DNA of 64,000 nucleotides from Escherichia phage vB_EcoM_G2494, in sequence record MK327935.1; one strand, given 5' to 3'. Under the pieces are notes generated by a model, which had not been told where the DNA came from, searched no databases, and saw only the letters and a list, made by a program, of their open reading frames with translations. Below, in pieces: positions 44,473-58,049 of the stretch. Position 1 is the first letter of the stretch, and every line of letters begins with the position of its first letter. Both the position numbers and the translations under genes were made by a program.

Positions 44473-45327
44473 ATGGCACAAGTTCCAAAGAAAAGAATAG
44501 ACACAGGTACTGTCGGCAATCCATCGACTGGCGATATCTTATATGATGGCGGTAATAAAATTAACGATAACTTTGATTCAATATATGACGCATTTGCTGA
44601 TCAACGGTTTAAAGACGTAGACCACGGCGTAGGAAGAATGGTTATTCATGCAACCGGATACTATCAGAAACATCCACGTCAAAGCTACTCTGGGTCCGCT
44701 GTTGAGATTGGGAGTCTACACGATATCGATACAACTCAAGGCGCACTTATTGCTATTCTACCTAAAGCAAAGGTTGGTGAGGGTGTTGTATTCATAAATA
44801 GTAACGGTAGCTTTTCAACGACGACACCGCTCAATATTAGAACTCAAGCAGGTGATTCTATTAGCGGGTATTCCGGTGATGCTATAATAACACAACCATT
44901 TTCAAAAGTCACTGTTTGGTGTACTGCCGTTGAAGGTAGTCGCGTAACATGGCGATTGGGTATCGAAAGTATGTTTACCGATACAACAACGCCATTAGAT
45001 AAAACAGTTAACGTAACTGGAGTAGCAACAAACGTTGCTATTGCCGCAAAAACAGAATACGTTTCCATCAAATTATTAACTACCGCTAGCAATACATCCG
45101 GTTCAAAAATGCGTTCAAGTGAAACGCTACTGATGATTGATTCTAAAGCCGGAAAAGTTTATGCGACGGAATATGCAGTTTTGCAGAAGACAGAAGACGA
45201 ATTATACACGGTTCGTTATTTCATCGGTTCCGGCGATAAAGTATATGCAGAGTATAAGGCTACTGGCGAAAATATTCGTTTAGCAGTTAAAGCCGTAGAC
45301 ACTATTAAAATCGGGGTTGCTACATGA
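44473..45327 (+). CDS. 9: baseplate wedge / long-tail-fibre socket gp9
   Basis: 284 aa (T4 288 aa); synteny. Confidence 0.75.
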   Translation: MAQVPKKRIDTGTVGNPSTGDILYDGGNKINDNFDSIYDAFADQRFKDVDHGVGRMVIHATGYYQKHPRQSYSGSAVEIGSLHDIDTTQGALIAILPKAKVGEGVVFINSNGSFSTTTPLNIRTQAGDSISGYSGDAIITQPFSKVTVWCTAVEGSRVTWRLGIESMFTDTTTPLDKTVNVTGVATNVAIAAKTEYVSIKLLTTASNTSGSKMRSSETLLMIDSKAGKVYATEYAVLQKTEDELYTVRYFIGSGDKVYAEYKATGENIRLAVKAVDTIKIGVAT

Positions 45328-47126
45328 AACAATTAATTAATATCGGTAACGTTGTTGATGACGGTACAGGTGATTATCTAAGAAAAGGCGGTCAAAAGAT
45401 TAATGACAACTTTTCTGAACTTTATACTAAGCTGGGGGATGGTGATATCCCTCATGCATCCGGCGCGTGGAAAACTCACACACAACCAGTATTAAAACCA
45501 AATTTTGGTGATGCATGGGCAATTAATACAACGAACAACGCTGTTTCTGTTGAATTGCCTAAAGGAAGCGCGAGTGATTACAATAAAACAATTAAACTTC
45601 GTGATGTTTGGCGCTCATGGGCTGCACATAACGTAACATTGAAGCCAGCACAAGGTGATACCATTAAGGGATCTCCAATCGACCGTGAGTTGTATAAAGA
45701 TTTTATGGATGTTGAACTGGTTTATTGTGCGCCTGGACGCTGGGAATATATCGAAAACAAGCGAGTTGACACGATCACCACGTCTGACCTAAGCACAGTA
45801 GCTAAGGAAGTTTATATTGCCACAGAAGGGCAAACAGATTTCCCTAATGTATTTGGTTCTAACACATATAACACTCGAAATGTTGAAGTATATTATCGAG
45901 GAAACCTTTTATATTATGGCAAGTCTTTTAGTAATGACTCTAACTACGGTTCAATTGGTGAGGATGGATCACTTGTTGAACTTGATGGCAAAAGCATAAA
46001 ACTTCGTTTTCCTTGTTCGGCTGGGGACACCGTTCAAATTATTACATATATGGACGGAATTGCATCATTCCGATCTAGTTATATCACACACACAATTAGA
46101 GTGTATGATACCGGAATGACAGCACTAGAAACTATTCCGGGTGAAGTGTGGGTAGGTGATTTATCGACGAAAAAAGAATTTACCAATGCTGATTTGGGAG
46201 TTAGTAAACGTGATATAATTAACCCAAATTCATTTGAGTTATTAATAAATGGCACTCAAATGATTAAAGCTGGTGATGCTGATCTTCCTTCGTTTGTTTG
46301 TGAAGGTGCTGACGGAGAAACCGAAGAGAGTTGCGCACTTGCTGGCGGTCAGTGGGTACAGTCTGGAGAAGATTATTCACTGGTATTTGATGAGAATAGC
46401 ATTGTAACAGGGATTAAATTAGCTAAAGCGTTGGACAATAGAGATACTATAACAATTCGTTGGTTTAATAACGATATCGGAACTCTATTAGAATGGGATG
46501 GTGTCGGCGGAATTAAAGAAAAAGCAGACAAGATTTATCTCAATAACGAAGACGAAGTTAATTTAACAAAACAAATTGAATATACAGACTTCCAGAATCC
46601 TAGTCAGAAAAACACTCGTCCGGCAGAAGAGTATTCAGGTCGAATTATGGATATATATTCACTGTTTGATATTTTTCATCCGGTCGGCACGATATACGAA
46701 AACGCACATAACCCAGCTAACCCAGCGACCTATATGGGGTTTGGTATCTGGGTTCGGTATGCGGAAGGAGAATTTCTTGCTGGTTGGTCTTCCGATGCCA
46801 GCGACCAGAATTTTGCATTAAACAATAACGATCTTGATATTCATGGACAACCTACACACACCGCTGGTGGTACTGGTGGTGAAGTTGCCTATCAAATCAA
46901 GAAAGATATGATTCCTGAATTACAATCCAGCGATCGTGTTTTGGTGAAAGACGATACAGGGTCAATTATCATTGGTGGCTGTCAAGTTGATCCTGATGCG
47001 GCAGGTCCAGCGTTTACGAAATATAGAGAGGATATCGTAAAAGTTAATTCTGGAAATGCTGATCCATCAATGATGGGCATTCTTCCTCCATATCGCACCG
47101 TTCATCGCTGGTTAAGGGTAGGTTAA
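45324..47126 (+). CDS. 10: baseplate wedge / short-tail-fibre attachment gp10
   Basis: 600 aa (T4 602 aa); synteny. Confidence 0.8.
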   Translation: MKQLINIGNVVDDGTGDYLRKGGQKINDNFSELYTKLGDGDIPHASGAWKTHTQPVLKPNFGDAWAINTTNNAVSVELPKGSASDYNKTIKLRDVWRSWAAHNVTLKPAQGDTIKGSPIDRELYKDFMDVELVYCAPGRWEYIENKRVDTITTSDLSTVAKEVYIATEGQTDFPNVFGSNTYNTRNVEVYYRGNLLYYGKSFSNDSNYGSIGEDGSLVELDGKSIKLRFPCSAGDTVQIITYMDGIASFRSSYITHTIRVYDTGMTALETIPGEVWVGDLSTKKEFTNADLGVSKRDIINPNSFELLINGTQMIKAGDADLPSFVCEGADGETEESCALAGGQWVQSGEDYSLVFDENSIVTGIKLAKALDNRDTITIRWFNNDIGTLLEWDGVGGIKEKADKIYLNNEDEVNLTKQIEYTDFQNPSQKNTRPAEEYSGRIMDIYSLFDIFHPVGTIYENAHNPANPATYMGFGIWVRYAEGEFLAGWSSDASDQNFALNNNDLDIHGQPTHTAGGTGGEVAYQIKKDMIPELQSSDRVLVKDDTGSIIIGGCQVDPDAAGPAFTKYREDIVKVNSGNADPSMMGILPPYRTVHRWLRVG

Positions 47127-47127
47127 T

Positions 47128-47772
47128 ATGATTTCTAAAACACGTTCTAAAGCAAGCGTATTTTCTAGCGACGCAGCATTCATTTCATACGATCCGGGGT
47201 CTAAAGACCCCATTATTGGTGACATTCGCCCAATTGGTGGATTAAACGTAGACCAATCTCGCAAAGGTTCTTTTATTAACAACGTACAATCAGCCATTGA
47301 TGATTTGTATAGCATTTCTATGCTTAATGTCGGTGATGTATTGGTAACTACAAATTCAACTCCACCGGAAGCGGCGGGACAAATAGAAACTCTTTCTTTC
47401 ACTGGAACGGTAACAAATAAACACGATCCAGCCGCGAAAAAAGTTGTGATTGAAGTTTTGGGTTATCCATTTGTTGTTAATGTTGGAACATCGAATGTTG
47501 CATTATGCGAAATGGTCACAACAAAATTTACTGAATTGAAAGACAAAAGTATCTTATTCTCTAGAGTTGAGAGGAAAGGTACTGGCAACGATAAAATAGA
47601 GATTCAGTATATTGATTCAAATGCACACGAAGCAACGGTCGTAGAAAAATATGGTATTAGCGTTCGTGGGGAAATAAATTCCCCTGCTCGTTATGGTTAT
47701 GGTGCATGGTCCAGAATGGGAACGGAAGAAAAATTTGGTTCAACACTATTTTATTTTAAGCGTATTGCGTAA
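47128..47772 (+). CDS. 11: baseplate wedge gp11
   Basis: 214 aa (T4 219 aa); synteny. Confidence 0.75.
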   Translation: MISKTRSKASVFSSDAAFISYDPGSKDPIIGDIRPIGGLNVDQSRKGSFINNVQSAIDDLYSISMLNVGDVLVTTNSTPPEAAGQIETLSFTGTVTNKHDPAAKKVVIEVLGYPFVVNVGTSNVALCEMVTTKFTELKDKSILFSRVERKGTGNDKIEIQYIDSNAHEATVVEKYGISVRGEINSPARYGYGAWSRMGTEEKFGSTLFYFKRIA

Positions 47773-47782
47773 GGTGTAAATT

Positions 47783-49186
47783 ATGAATAACACTATTAAT
47801 CACGTAAAAGACGATGCACAGTATGTTAAGTTTGACCCTACCGGAAATTGGCCTAGCAATATAAAAAACGTACAAGCGGCATTAGCCGCTATTCAGGGGT
47901 TTGCTATTGCAGGTCTTCCAACGGCAACCGAAGAAACAGCGGGTATTGCTGAAATTGCTACTCAAAAAGAAGTAGATGATGGGTTGGATGGAACTAAAAT
48001 TGTTACCCCAAAAACATTGGCTGTTAAGCTGTCAAGACCGGACGCAACAAAACTTGTCAAAGGGATCACTCGCTATGCTAATAACGATGAAGCTATGGGC
48101 GATACTCCAAATATTGCAATTGGTCCTGATACATTAACCCATGTATTCGAGAAGAAGAAGGCAACGGAAACCGTACAGGGTACAATTAAAATTTGTTCTA
48201 TGGATGCGGCAAAAATAGGTAGCGATGACACTATGGCAGTAACGCCTAAAAAGATGCACGCTGCGATTGCTCAGATTGTTCCTGGATTGATCCCAGAGCA
48301 AAATACCGCTTCCGAATCCCGTGAGGGTCTAGTTAGGCTGGCAACAAGCCAACAAACGCTTGCTGGTACTATCAGAGAAGGATTTGCCGTTAGCCCATAT
48401 GCATTTTCCAACGCAAGAGCCAATGAAAATCAGGCGGGTACTGTTAAAATTGCGTCATCCCAACAAATGATTGACGGTAATGACAACACAGTAGTAGTAT
48501 CAGCACAAAAATTTGCGAACACTAAAGCAACCACTGGACAATTCGGTGTTGTTAAGCTAACAGATAATCCCAGTTCCGGTGAAGCAAATGCTGCGTTATC
48601 TGCAAATGCTCGTGTATTGCCTCTAAGCGGTGGTGTCGTTACTGGTGATGTGTATCGTCATAGTGGAGGTGACGGAAACCAGTTTACCACTAAAAACGAA
48701 ATGGATGCATGGTGTATGCCAATTGGTGCAATTATTCTAACTGCATTCAATAGCAATGATCACGGCGCATTTAAAATTTGTAACGGTCAATGGTTAAATA
48801 AACACCAATATCCAGTATTATTTTCACGAATCGGTTTCACTTACGGCGGAGATGGCGGAGACAACTTTGCTCTACCCGATATGCGAGGGCTTGTTGCTAG
48901 AGGATGCGACCACGGTCGAGGACTAGACCCAGGTCGTGGATTTGGTACTTATCAAGACGACACCATGCAACATATGACAGGTAACTTCCCTGTAGCTAAC
49001 CGTTGGCGCGGTTGGACTGGTGGTGCATTTGCCATCACAGGCGGTCAATGGAGCACGAACTATAAAAACGGTGGTGGTGATGATTGGGGTAGTATTGTTA
49101 ACTTTGACAGCGCAAGACAGGTTAGAACGTCTGGCGAAACTCGCGTTAAAAGCCTTGCATTAAACTACATGATAAGGGTACAATAA
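47783..49186 (+). CDS. 12: short tail fibre gp12
   Basis: 467 aa; repeated AGxxxxAT...DG...VTPK motifs; synteny. Confidence 0.8.
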   Translation: MNNTINHVKDDAQYVKFDPTGNWPSNIKNVQAALAAIQGFAIAGLPTATEETAGIAEIATQKEVDDGLDGTKIVTPKTLAVKLSRPDATKLVKGITRYANNDEAMGDTPNIAIGPDTLTHVFEKKKATETVQGTIKICSMDAAKIGSDDTMAVTPKKMHAAIAQIVPGLIPEQNTASESREGLVRLATSQQTLAGTIREGFAVSPYAFSNARANENQAGTVKIASSQQMIDGNDNTVVVSAQKFANTKATTGQFGVVKLTDNPSSGEANAALSANARVLPLSGGVVTGDVYRHSGGDGNQFTTKNEMDAWCMPIGAIILTAFNSNDHGAFKICNGQWLNKHQYPVLFSRIGFTYGGDGGDNFALPDMRGLVARGCDHGRGLDPGRGFGTYQDDTMQHMTGNFPVANRWRGWTGGAFAITGGQWSTNYKNGGGDDWGSIVNFDSARQVRTSGETRVKSLALNYMIRVQ

Positions 49187-50955
49187 TGATCGAACAGTTA
49201 AACATTCGAAAGATCCCTAACGTCGATGGTGTCCCTGGAGAGGGACAGCATTCTATTAGCTGGATTAAAAATGGTGAATGTCTAAGCGCAGCAACCACAG
49301 AAACAGGACACGAGGGGACGCTTAACCGCGCCCCTTATGCGATTCAAGAAAATATTGTTCGTCTGGATGAAAATTCTAAGACAACGGTAACAAAAGTTAA
49401 CGAAGTTGTTACAGCAGTTAATGATATTAAAACTACTTTAGGCGCGGTTGCTGATGGTAGTATTATTGATATTGTCAATCAAACTATTGCAAAGGTTGAG
49501 TCTGTAGAAGAAAATTTAGGAGAAACTTCAAGGACATTACAAACCACAGTAGATGAACTGGCAGAAACAGGAAAGAAAATTGGTGTTCGTCCGGCAGCAG
49601 ATCCGAGTACACGAACAATATATGATGATATTTCTTTCATCAAACAAGAATTGGGTGCTTTCCCTAACTTCACTATCAACGGTTCTCCAGATCCGGGTAG
49701 TTCAGGTTCCGGTATCAAATATCGAGTTATCCAGAATACGGAAGCATTAAACAACCACGATCAGCGAATCCGCCAACTAGAAAACGACTGGCAAGATTCT
49801 GACGTTGGAGAGCTAACAAAACAAGTTAACAAAATACGAAGCGAGCTAGGCGATACATCACTAGCAACACAGGACAATGTTTATCTTCGTCTTCGCACAA
49901 ACACTAGCAATATCGCTAGTATATCAAACGAAGTTCAGGAAGTAAAGAAAGCGATTCTATTTGAATCAATTCCTGATATCGGGACTAAAGTAACTAAGCT
50001 ACAATCTGATTATACACAGCTTAATGATGAAGTCAACGGCTTTGACGCTGGTATCCGTCCTCGTTTAACTCTTCTGGAAAATACGATTGGCAATCCTCAA
50101 GCCGCTGGAAGTATTGATTATCGATTGACTAATCAAGAACGGGAATTTGTAGATCTTAAATCTATTGTCGGTGTTAGTGGTGCTGATGGCCTACGTGGTG
50201 AGGTTGCACGAATCTCTAACACAGTTGGTACTGATAGTGAGCGTCATACTATCGCAGGTCGTCTAAAAATTGTAGAAAATACACAGGGACGACTAGAAGC
50301 TAGCGTACAGGATATCGAGCAAATGATCGGAGATCGAGATTCCGGTCTAACCGCCGGGGTTATTAAGCTGTCAAGCGACATGTACGGCAATCCAGAAGGA
50401 AGCACGCAGCTTGAACAAGATGGGGTCGTGAAAACTGTTAAGGAATTGAGCACATCAAATGCAAGCAAGGTAACAGACGTTCCTGATGATGGTTTCCATT
50501 ATCTACGTAAGCACGGGGAATGGGTTCAGGTCGCATGGGCGGCTGGTACATTTAAAAACACCGCTCAGATTGATATTACTCTCGACGGACAAGATCAATA
50601 CAAAGGAATCCCGCTAAACGATATGACCGAAGAAGTTCCTGCGCGTGGAATGGTTAAGAGCGAATCTCTTGTTACGGTTAACGACAAAGGCTTATTCCGT
50701 TGTGATTTCCGTTGTTCTGTACATGCGGCAAATAACGCTACTTTCGTAGTCGGTATTGCTAAAAATGGTCTGATTGTACATGAGGTACGAAATGGTCATT
50801 ATGGAACTGATGATTTAATTAGCTATTCTACCAGTGCTTTCCTAAATATTGAAAAGGGCGACCGGATCGATATTCGCATTAAGGGCGTATCCGAAGAAGC
50901 ATTAGCGCAACAGCTACAAATTAAAGAGTTCCTCTTTGGAATTTCTCCGGTATAA
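49186..50955 (+). CDS. wac: fibritin (whisker) with C-terminal extension
   Basis: 589 aa; N-terminus VDGVPGEGQHSISWIKNGE resembles T4 Wac; foldon-like DGFHYLRKHGEWV followed by about 130 extra residues. Confidence 0.8.
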   Translation: MIEQLNIRKIPNVDGVPGEGQHSISWIKNGECLSAATTETGHEGTLNRAPYAIQENIVRLDENSKTTVTKVNEVVTAVNDIKTTLGAVADGSIIDIVNQTIAKVESVEENLGETSRTLQTTVDELAETGKKIGVRPAADPSTRTIYDDISFIKQELGAFPNFTINGSPDPGSSGSGIKYRVIQNTEALNNHDQRIRQLENDWQDSDVGELTKQVNKIRSELGDTSLATQDNVYLRLRTNTSNIASISNEVQEVKKAILFESIPDIGTKVTKLQSDYTQLNDEVNGFDAGIRPRLTLLENTIGNPQAAGSIDYRLTNQEREFVDLKSIVGVSGADGLRGEVARISNTVGTDSERHTIAGRLKIVENTQGRLEASVQDIEQMIGDRDSGLTAGVIKLSSDMYGNPEGSTQLEQDGVVKTVKELSTSNASKVTDVPDDGFHYLRKHGEWVQVAWAAGTFKNTAQIDITLDGQDQYKGIPLNDMTEEVPARGMVKSESLVTVNDKGLFRCDFRCSVHAANNATFVVGIAKNGLIVHEVRNGHYGTDDLISYSTSAFLNIEKGDRIDIRIKGVSEEALAQQLQIKEFLFGISPV

Positions 50956-50960
50956 GAAAT

Positions 50961-50986
50961 TAAAGGGGCGTTAAGCCCCTTTTCCG
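50961..50986 (+). terminator. hairpin/terminator after wac
   Basis: aggggc-gttaa-gcccct followed by TTTTCCGTTT. Confidence 0.45.
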
Positions 50987-51001
50987 TTTATAGGTGATAT
51001 T

Positions 51002-51934
51002 ATGTCAGGATATGTAACCAATAACCCAAGAGAATTAAAAGACGCTATTCTGCGTCGTTTAGGCGCACCAGTAATTAACGTAGAAGTCACAGAAGACCAG
51101 ATTTACGATTGTATTCAGAGAGCACTAGAACTCTATGGGGAATATCATTTCGATGGTGTGAATAAAGGATATAAAGTATTTCGTGTTAGTGCAGAGCAAG
51201 CGCAACATGGGGTATTTGATTTAAGCGATTCTGGTGTATTCGCAGTAACTAAAATAATTCGAACAAACGTAGGTAGCGCGGCTACGATGGATGGCACTGC
51301 CGTTTATCCGTGGTTTACCGACTTTCTGTTGGGTTTAGCGGGTGTAAATGGCGGTTTAGGATCTGGCTGTAGTAAATTTTATGGTCCAAATGCAATGGGC
51401 GGTGATCTAGGATATTTCGAACAGCTTATGAGCTATCGAGCCACTATGCAAAATATGCTCAATCCGCTGCCAGACTATTGGTATAATAGCGCAAACGGAC
51501 AACTTAAGATTACAGGAAACTTCCGAGAAGGTGATCTCATTGTTGTTGAATTATATGTTAAAAGCTATATAGACGTTCCTGATATGATCGGCGCGGTTGC
51601 TGGTTATGCTCATGCAGGAGGATGTTCTACCGCTGGCGGGATTAGCGCCGTTTATGATAATCCAACTGCTGGTTTAAGCGGGATTGTTGCTGGAATGGGA
51701 CCGATCCGTGATAACAAGCAGGGCGCATATAATAACCGTTGGGTTAAAGACATGGCAACCGCTTTCACTAAGGAGGTTTGGGGGTCCATCATGGCTAAAC
51801 ATCAAGGTCTGCAATTACCCGGCGGTGTCACTGTTGATGGTATCCGAATCATTGAAGAAGCACGCGCCGACATTGAGAAATTGCGACAAGAACTAGAATT
51901 ATTAGATCCTCCGTTCGGCATCCTCATGATTTGA
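51002..51934 (+). CDS. 13: neck protein gp13
   Basis: 310 aa (T4 309 aa); synteny. Confidence 0.75.
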   Translation: MSGYVTNNPRELKDAILRRLGAPVINVEVTEDQIYDCIQRALELYGEYHFDGVNKGYKVFRVSAEQAQHGVFDLSDSGVFAVTKIIRTNVGSAATMDGTAVYPWFTDFLLGLAGVNGGLGSGCSKFYGPNAMGGDLGYFEQLMSYRATMQNMLNPLPDYWYNSANGQLKITGNFREGDLIVVELYVKSYIDVPDMIGAVAGYAHAGGCSTAGGISAVYDNPTAGLSGIVAGMGPIRDNKQGAYNNRWVKDMATAFTKEVWGSIMAKHQGLQLPGGVTVDGIRIIEEARADIEKLRQELELLDPPFGILMI

Positions 51935-51970
51935 TTTATTGGGGGAGTATTCCCCCATTTGGAGTAACAT

Positions 51971-52711
51971 ATGTTTAACAACACTCTTTTTGCTCGCCTT
52001 GAATCGCAGAAGGACTACGAGAATACACGACAAACAGAGATTCTTAATCCTTATGTGAACTTTCACAAATATACAAATACTCAGACGTTAGCCGACGTTA
52101 TGGTCGCCGAAGCTATTCAGATGCGAGGTGTAGAATTATATTACATCCCTCGTGAATTTGTCAAACCAGATATGATCTTTGGTGAGGATGTTCAAAGCAA
52201 ATTTACTAAAGCATGGAAATTTGCGGCTTATATTAACTCATTTGATGGGTATGAAGGAGCGGGTAATTTCTTCTCTAGTTTCGGGTATCAAGCTAATGAT
52301 GAACTAACTTTTACGGTTAACCCCAACCTATTCAAGCATCAAGTAGATGATCAAGAGCCAAAATCAGGTGACTTAATTTATATTCCAATGAGTAATGATC
52401 TCTTTGAAATTAATTACGTCGAGCCATATCAGCCGTTTTTTCAGGCTGGAAAAAATGCCATGCGTAAAATTATTGCAGAGAAATTCGTGTATAGCGGTGA
52501 GGAATTGCGACCAGAATTACAACGCAATGAGGGAATTAATGTTGATGAGTTTGCGGATCTGGATCTTGCACCGATCACTAATCTGGACGGGTTAACAGAT
52601 ATCAACTTAGATCAGTACAAAGAAGATAAGCAATTCAGAAGCGAAGGACAAGATTTTATTGATCCGTTTGATCCTATTAATGGCAAGGGTTCACCTTTCG
52701 CCGATTTTTGA
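51971..52711 (+). CDS. 14: neck protein gp14
   Basis: 246 aa (T4 256 aa); synteny. Confidence 0.75.
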   Translation: MFNNTLFARLESQKDYENTRQTEILNPYVNFHKYTNTQTLADVMVAEAIQMRGVELYYIPREFVKPDMIFGEDVQSKFTKAWKFAAYINSFDGYEGAGNFFSSFGYQANDELTFTVNPNLFKHQVDDQEPKSGDLIYIPMSNDLFEINYVEPYQPFFQAGKNAMRKIIAEKFVYSGEELRPELQRNEGINVDEFADLDLAPITNLDGLTDINLDQYKEDKQFRSEGQDFIDPFDPINGKGSPFADF

Positions 52712-52751
52712 TAAATACTTGTATTGATATAATATAAGGATCTAATGACTT

Positions 52752-53507
52752 ATGAAAAACTATTATCTATACGAAATAAAGAACAATATAAATGGTAAGA
52801 TATATGTTGGCATTCGTGGGTATGATGGTGACATAAGTCAAGATCCTTATATGGGTAGTGGATTGACTCTTAAGAGGTCTATTAAAAAGAACGGGATAGA
52901 AAACTTCACAAAAACAATTCTCAAAACGTTTGACTCATGGAAAGAGGCAAGGAAAGCAGAAAGAGAAATAGTTACAGAGGAATTTGTAAAAAGAGAAGAT
53001 ACCTATAATGTTTCGGTTGGTGGACAAGGTGGAAATACTCACGCTGGGATGAGCGAAGAACGAAGAAAACTTGCAAGCGAAAGACACGCAGAAGCAAACC
53101 GAAATAGAGTATGGAAGCAAGAATCTAGAGATAAGGTTAGCGCAAGATTCAAAGGTCATAAGCTATCACAGAAGCAGATAGACGCGCTAAAGAAGGCAAA
53201 CACAGGAAGAAAGTTCACAGAAGAACACAAGTTCAAAATAGGTAAAACGTGGCGAGGAAAGAAACGACCAGATATAGGAGAGAAGGTTGCGGCAAAATTA
53301 ACAGGGAGAAAACTACCCCCAGAACATGTGGCAGCAATAACGCAAAATACACCGAGAGGAAAACAACACTTTAGGGCAAAAAGATTCTTCATCGACGATA
53401 TGGAATTTTATATTTTGAGTGACGCAGCTAAAATGTTTGGTATAAGTTATAAAACGGTTAAAGCTAGACTTCTCTCAGATAAGTTTCCTACATGGAGATA
53501 TGAATAA
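52752..53507 (+). CDS. GIY-YIG homing endonuclease (Seg-like) with NUMOD-type repeats and C-terminal HTH
   Basis: 251 aa; YLYEIKNNINGKIYVGI (GIY-x10-YVG), downstream R/E/N catalytic residues, repeated GxKxSxE-like modules; inserted between genes 14 and 15. Confidence 0.8.
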   Translation: MKNYYLYEIKNNINGKIYVGIRGYDGDISQDPYMGSGLTLKRSIKKNGIENFTKTILKTFDSWKEARKAEREIVTEEFVKREDTYNVSVGGQGGNTHAGMSEERRKLASERHAEANRNRVWKQESRDKVSARFKGHKLSQKQIDALKKANTGRKFTEEHKFKIGKTWRGKKRPDIGEKVAAKLTGRKLPPEHVAAITQNTPRGKQHFRAKRFFIDDMEFYILSDAAKMFGISYKTVKARLLSDKFPTWRYE

Positions 53508-54396
53508 ATGTTTTCACATTTTTACAATTCGTCAATTAGACGGTATATTGTATTGCTGGGTAATTTATTCTCCGGCGTACAAATTAAAAGGGTGCGTAGC
53601 GACGGTGAGCGTTTTATTAAAGTTCCTATCACCTACGCAAAGAAAGAAAAATTCATGATGAGTCTGGACAAATATAACAATATCTCAAGTGAGGAAGACG
53701 TAGCAAAGGTAGAAACTATTTTACCGCGTATGTGTCTTTCTTTGATTGATATGACATACGCCCAGAACTTTAAAACAAATATTGCAAATAAGACAGTACC
53801 AAAATATACGGCTGATGGAATCAGGAGCGTAACACAATATAATCCTGTACCATATAAGTTTACTTTCGAGTTAGGGATTTATACGCGTACAATATAATCC
53901 TGTACCATATAAGTTTACTTTCGAGTTAGGGATTTATACGCGTAACGAAGATGATATGTTTCAGATAATTGAACAGATTCTTCCTTACTTCCAGCCTCAT
54001 TTTAACTGTAAGATTAAAGAACTACACGGTAATGATGTATGGATTGATCGAGATATTCAGGTCACTATTAGTTCTATTACTCCAGATGAACAGGTAGGCG
54101 AAGATAAGTTTTCTCGTCGTCGTCTTGAGTGGACCATTATGTTCGAATTTATCGGCTTTATATATCCTCCAGCTACCGACGTTAAGGGGGAAATTAGAAC
54201 GATTTATCTTGATTTTCATGCTAATTCTCGTGAATTAAATCCTAGCGGTAATTTTGAATCAGTGGATCACGAGGTCGTTAAACGTGACGTCGAGCAAGAA
54301 GATTGGGACGGAACAATCAAAGAATCATATTCTAGTGATATTCCAATACCAGTTGCACCAACTCCACCGGGTCCACGTATTGTAAGAGAATTTTAA
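53508..54396 (+). pseudogene. 15: gene 15 (tail sheath stabiliser/terminator) split by a frameshifting 55-bp tandem duplication
   Basis: ORF track gives 53508-53897 (129 aa) and 53956-54396 (146 aa) in different frames; combined length about 277 aa matches T4 gp15 (272 aa); second ORF has no SD; removing one repeat copy restores one frame. Confidence 0.7.
53834..53943 (+). repeat. perfect tandem direct repeat, 2 x 55 bp
   Basis: acaatataatcctgtaccatataagtttactttcgagttagggatttatacgcgt occurs twice head-to-tail (53834-53888 and 53889-53943). Confidence 0.85.
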
Positions 54397-54409
54397 GAGG
54401 TATTTTATT

Positions 54410-58018
<3,609 letters not shown>

Positions 58019-58049
58019 CGATAATGCATAAAAAGATGAGGAAATTCTA

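Noticed and set aside
53834-53943. 55-bp tandem repeat as a CRISPR array, att site or satellite
   Set aside because: Only two copies, no spacers, and it lies inside a coding sequence whose frame it disrupts; best explained as a simple tandem duplication.
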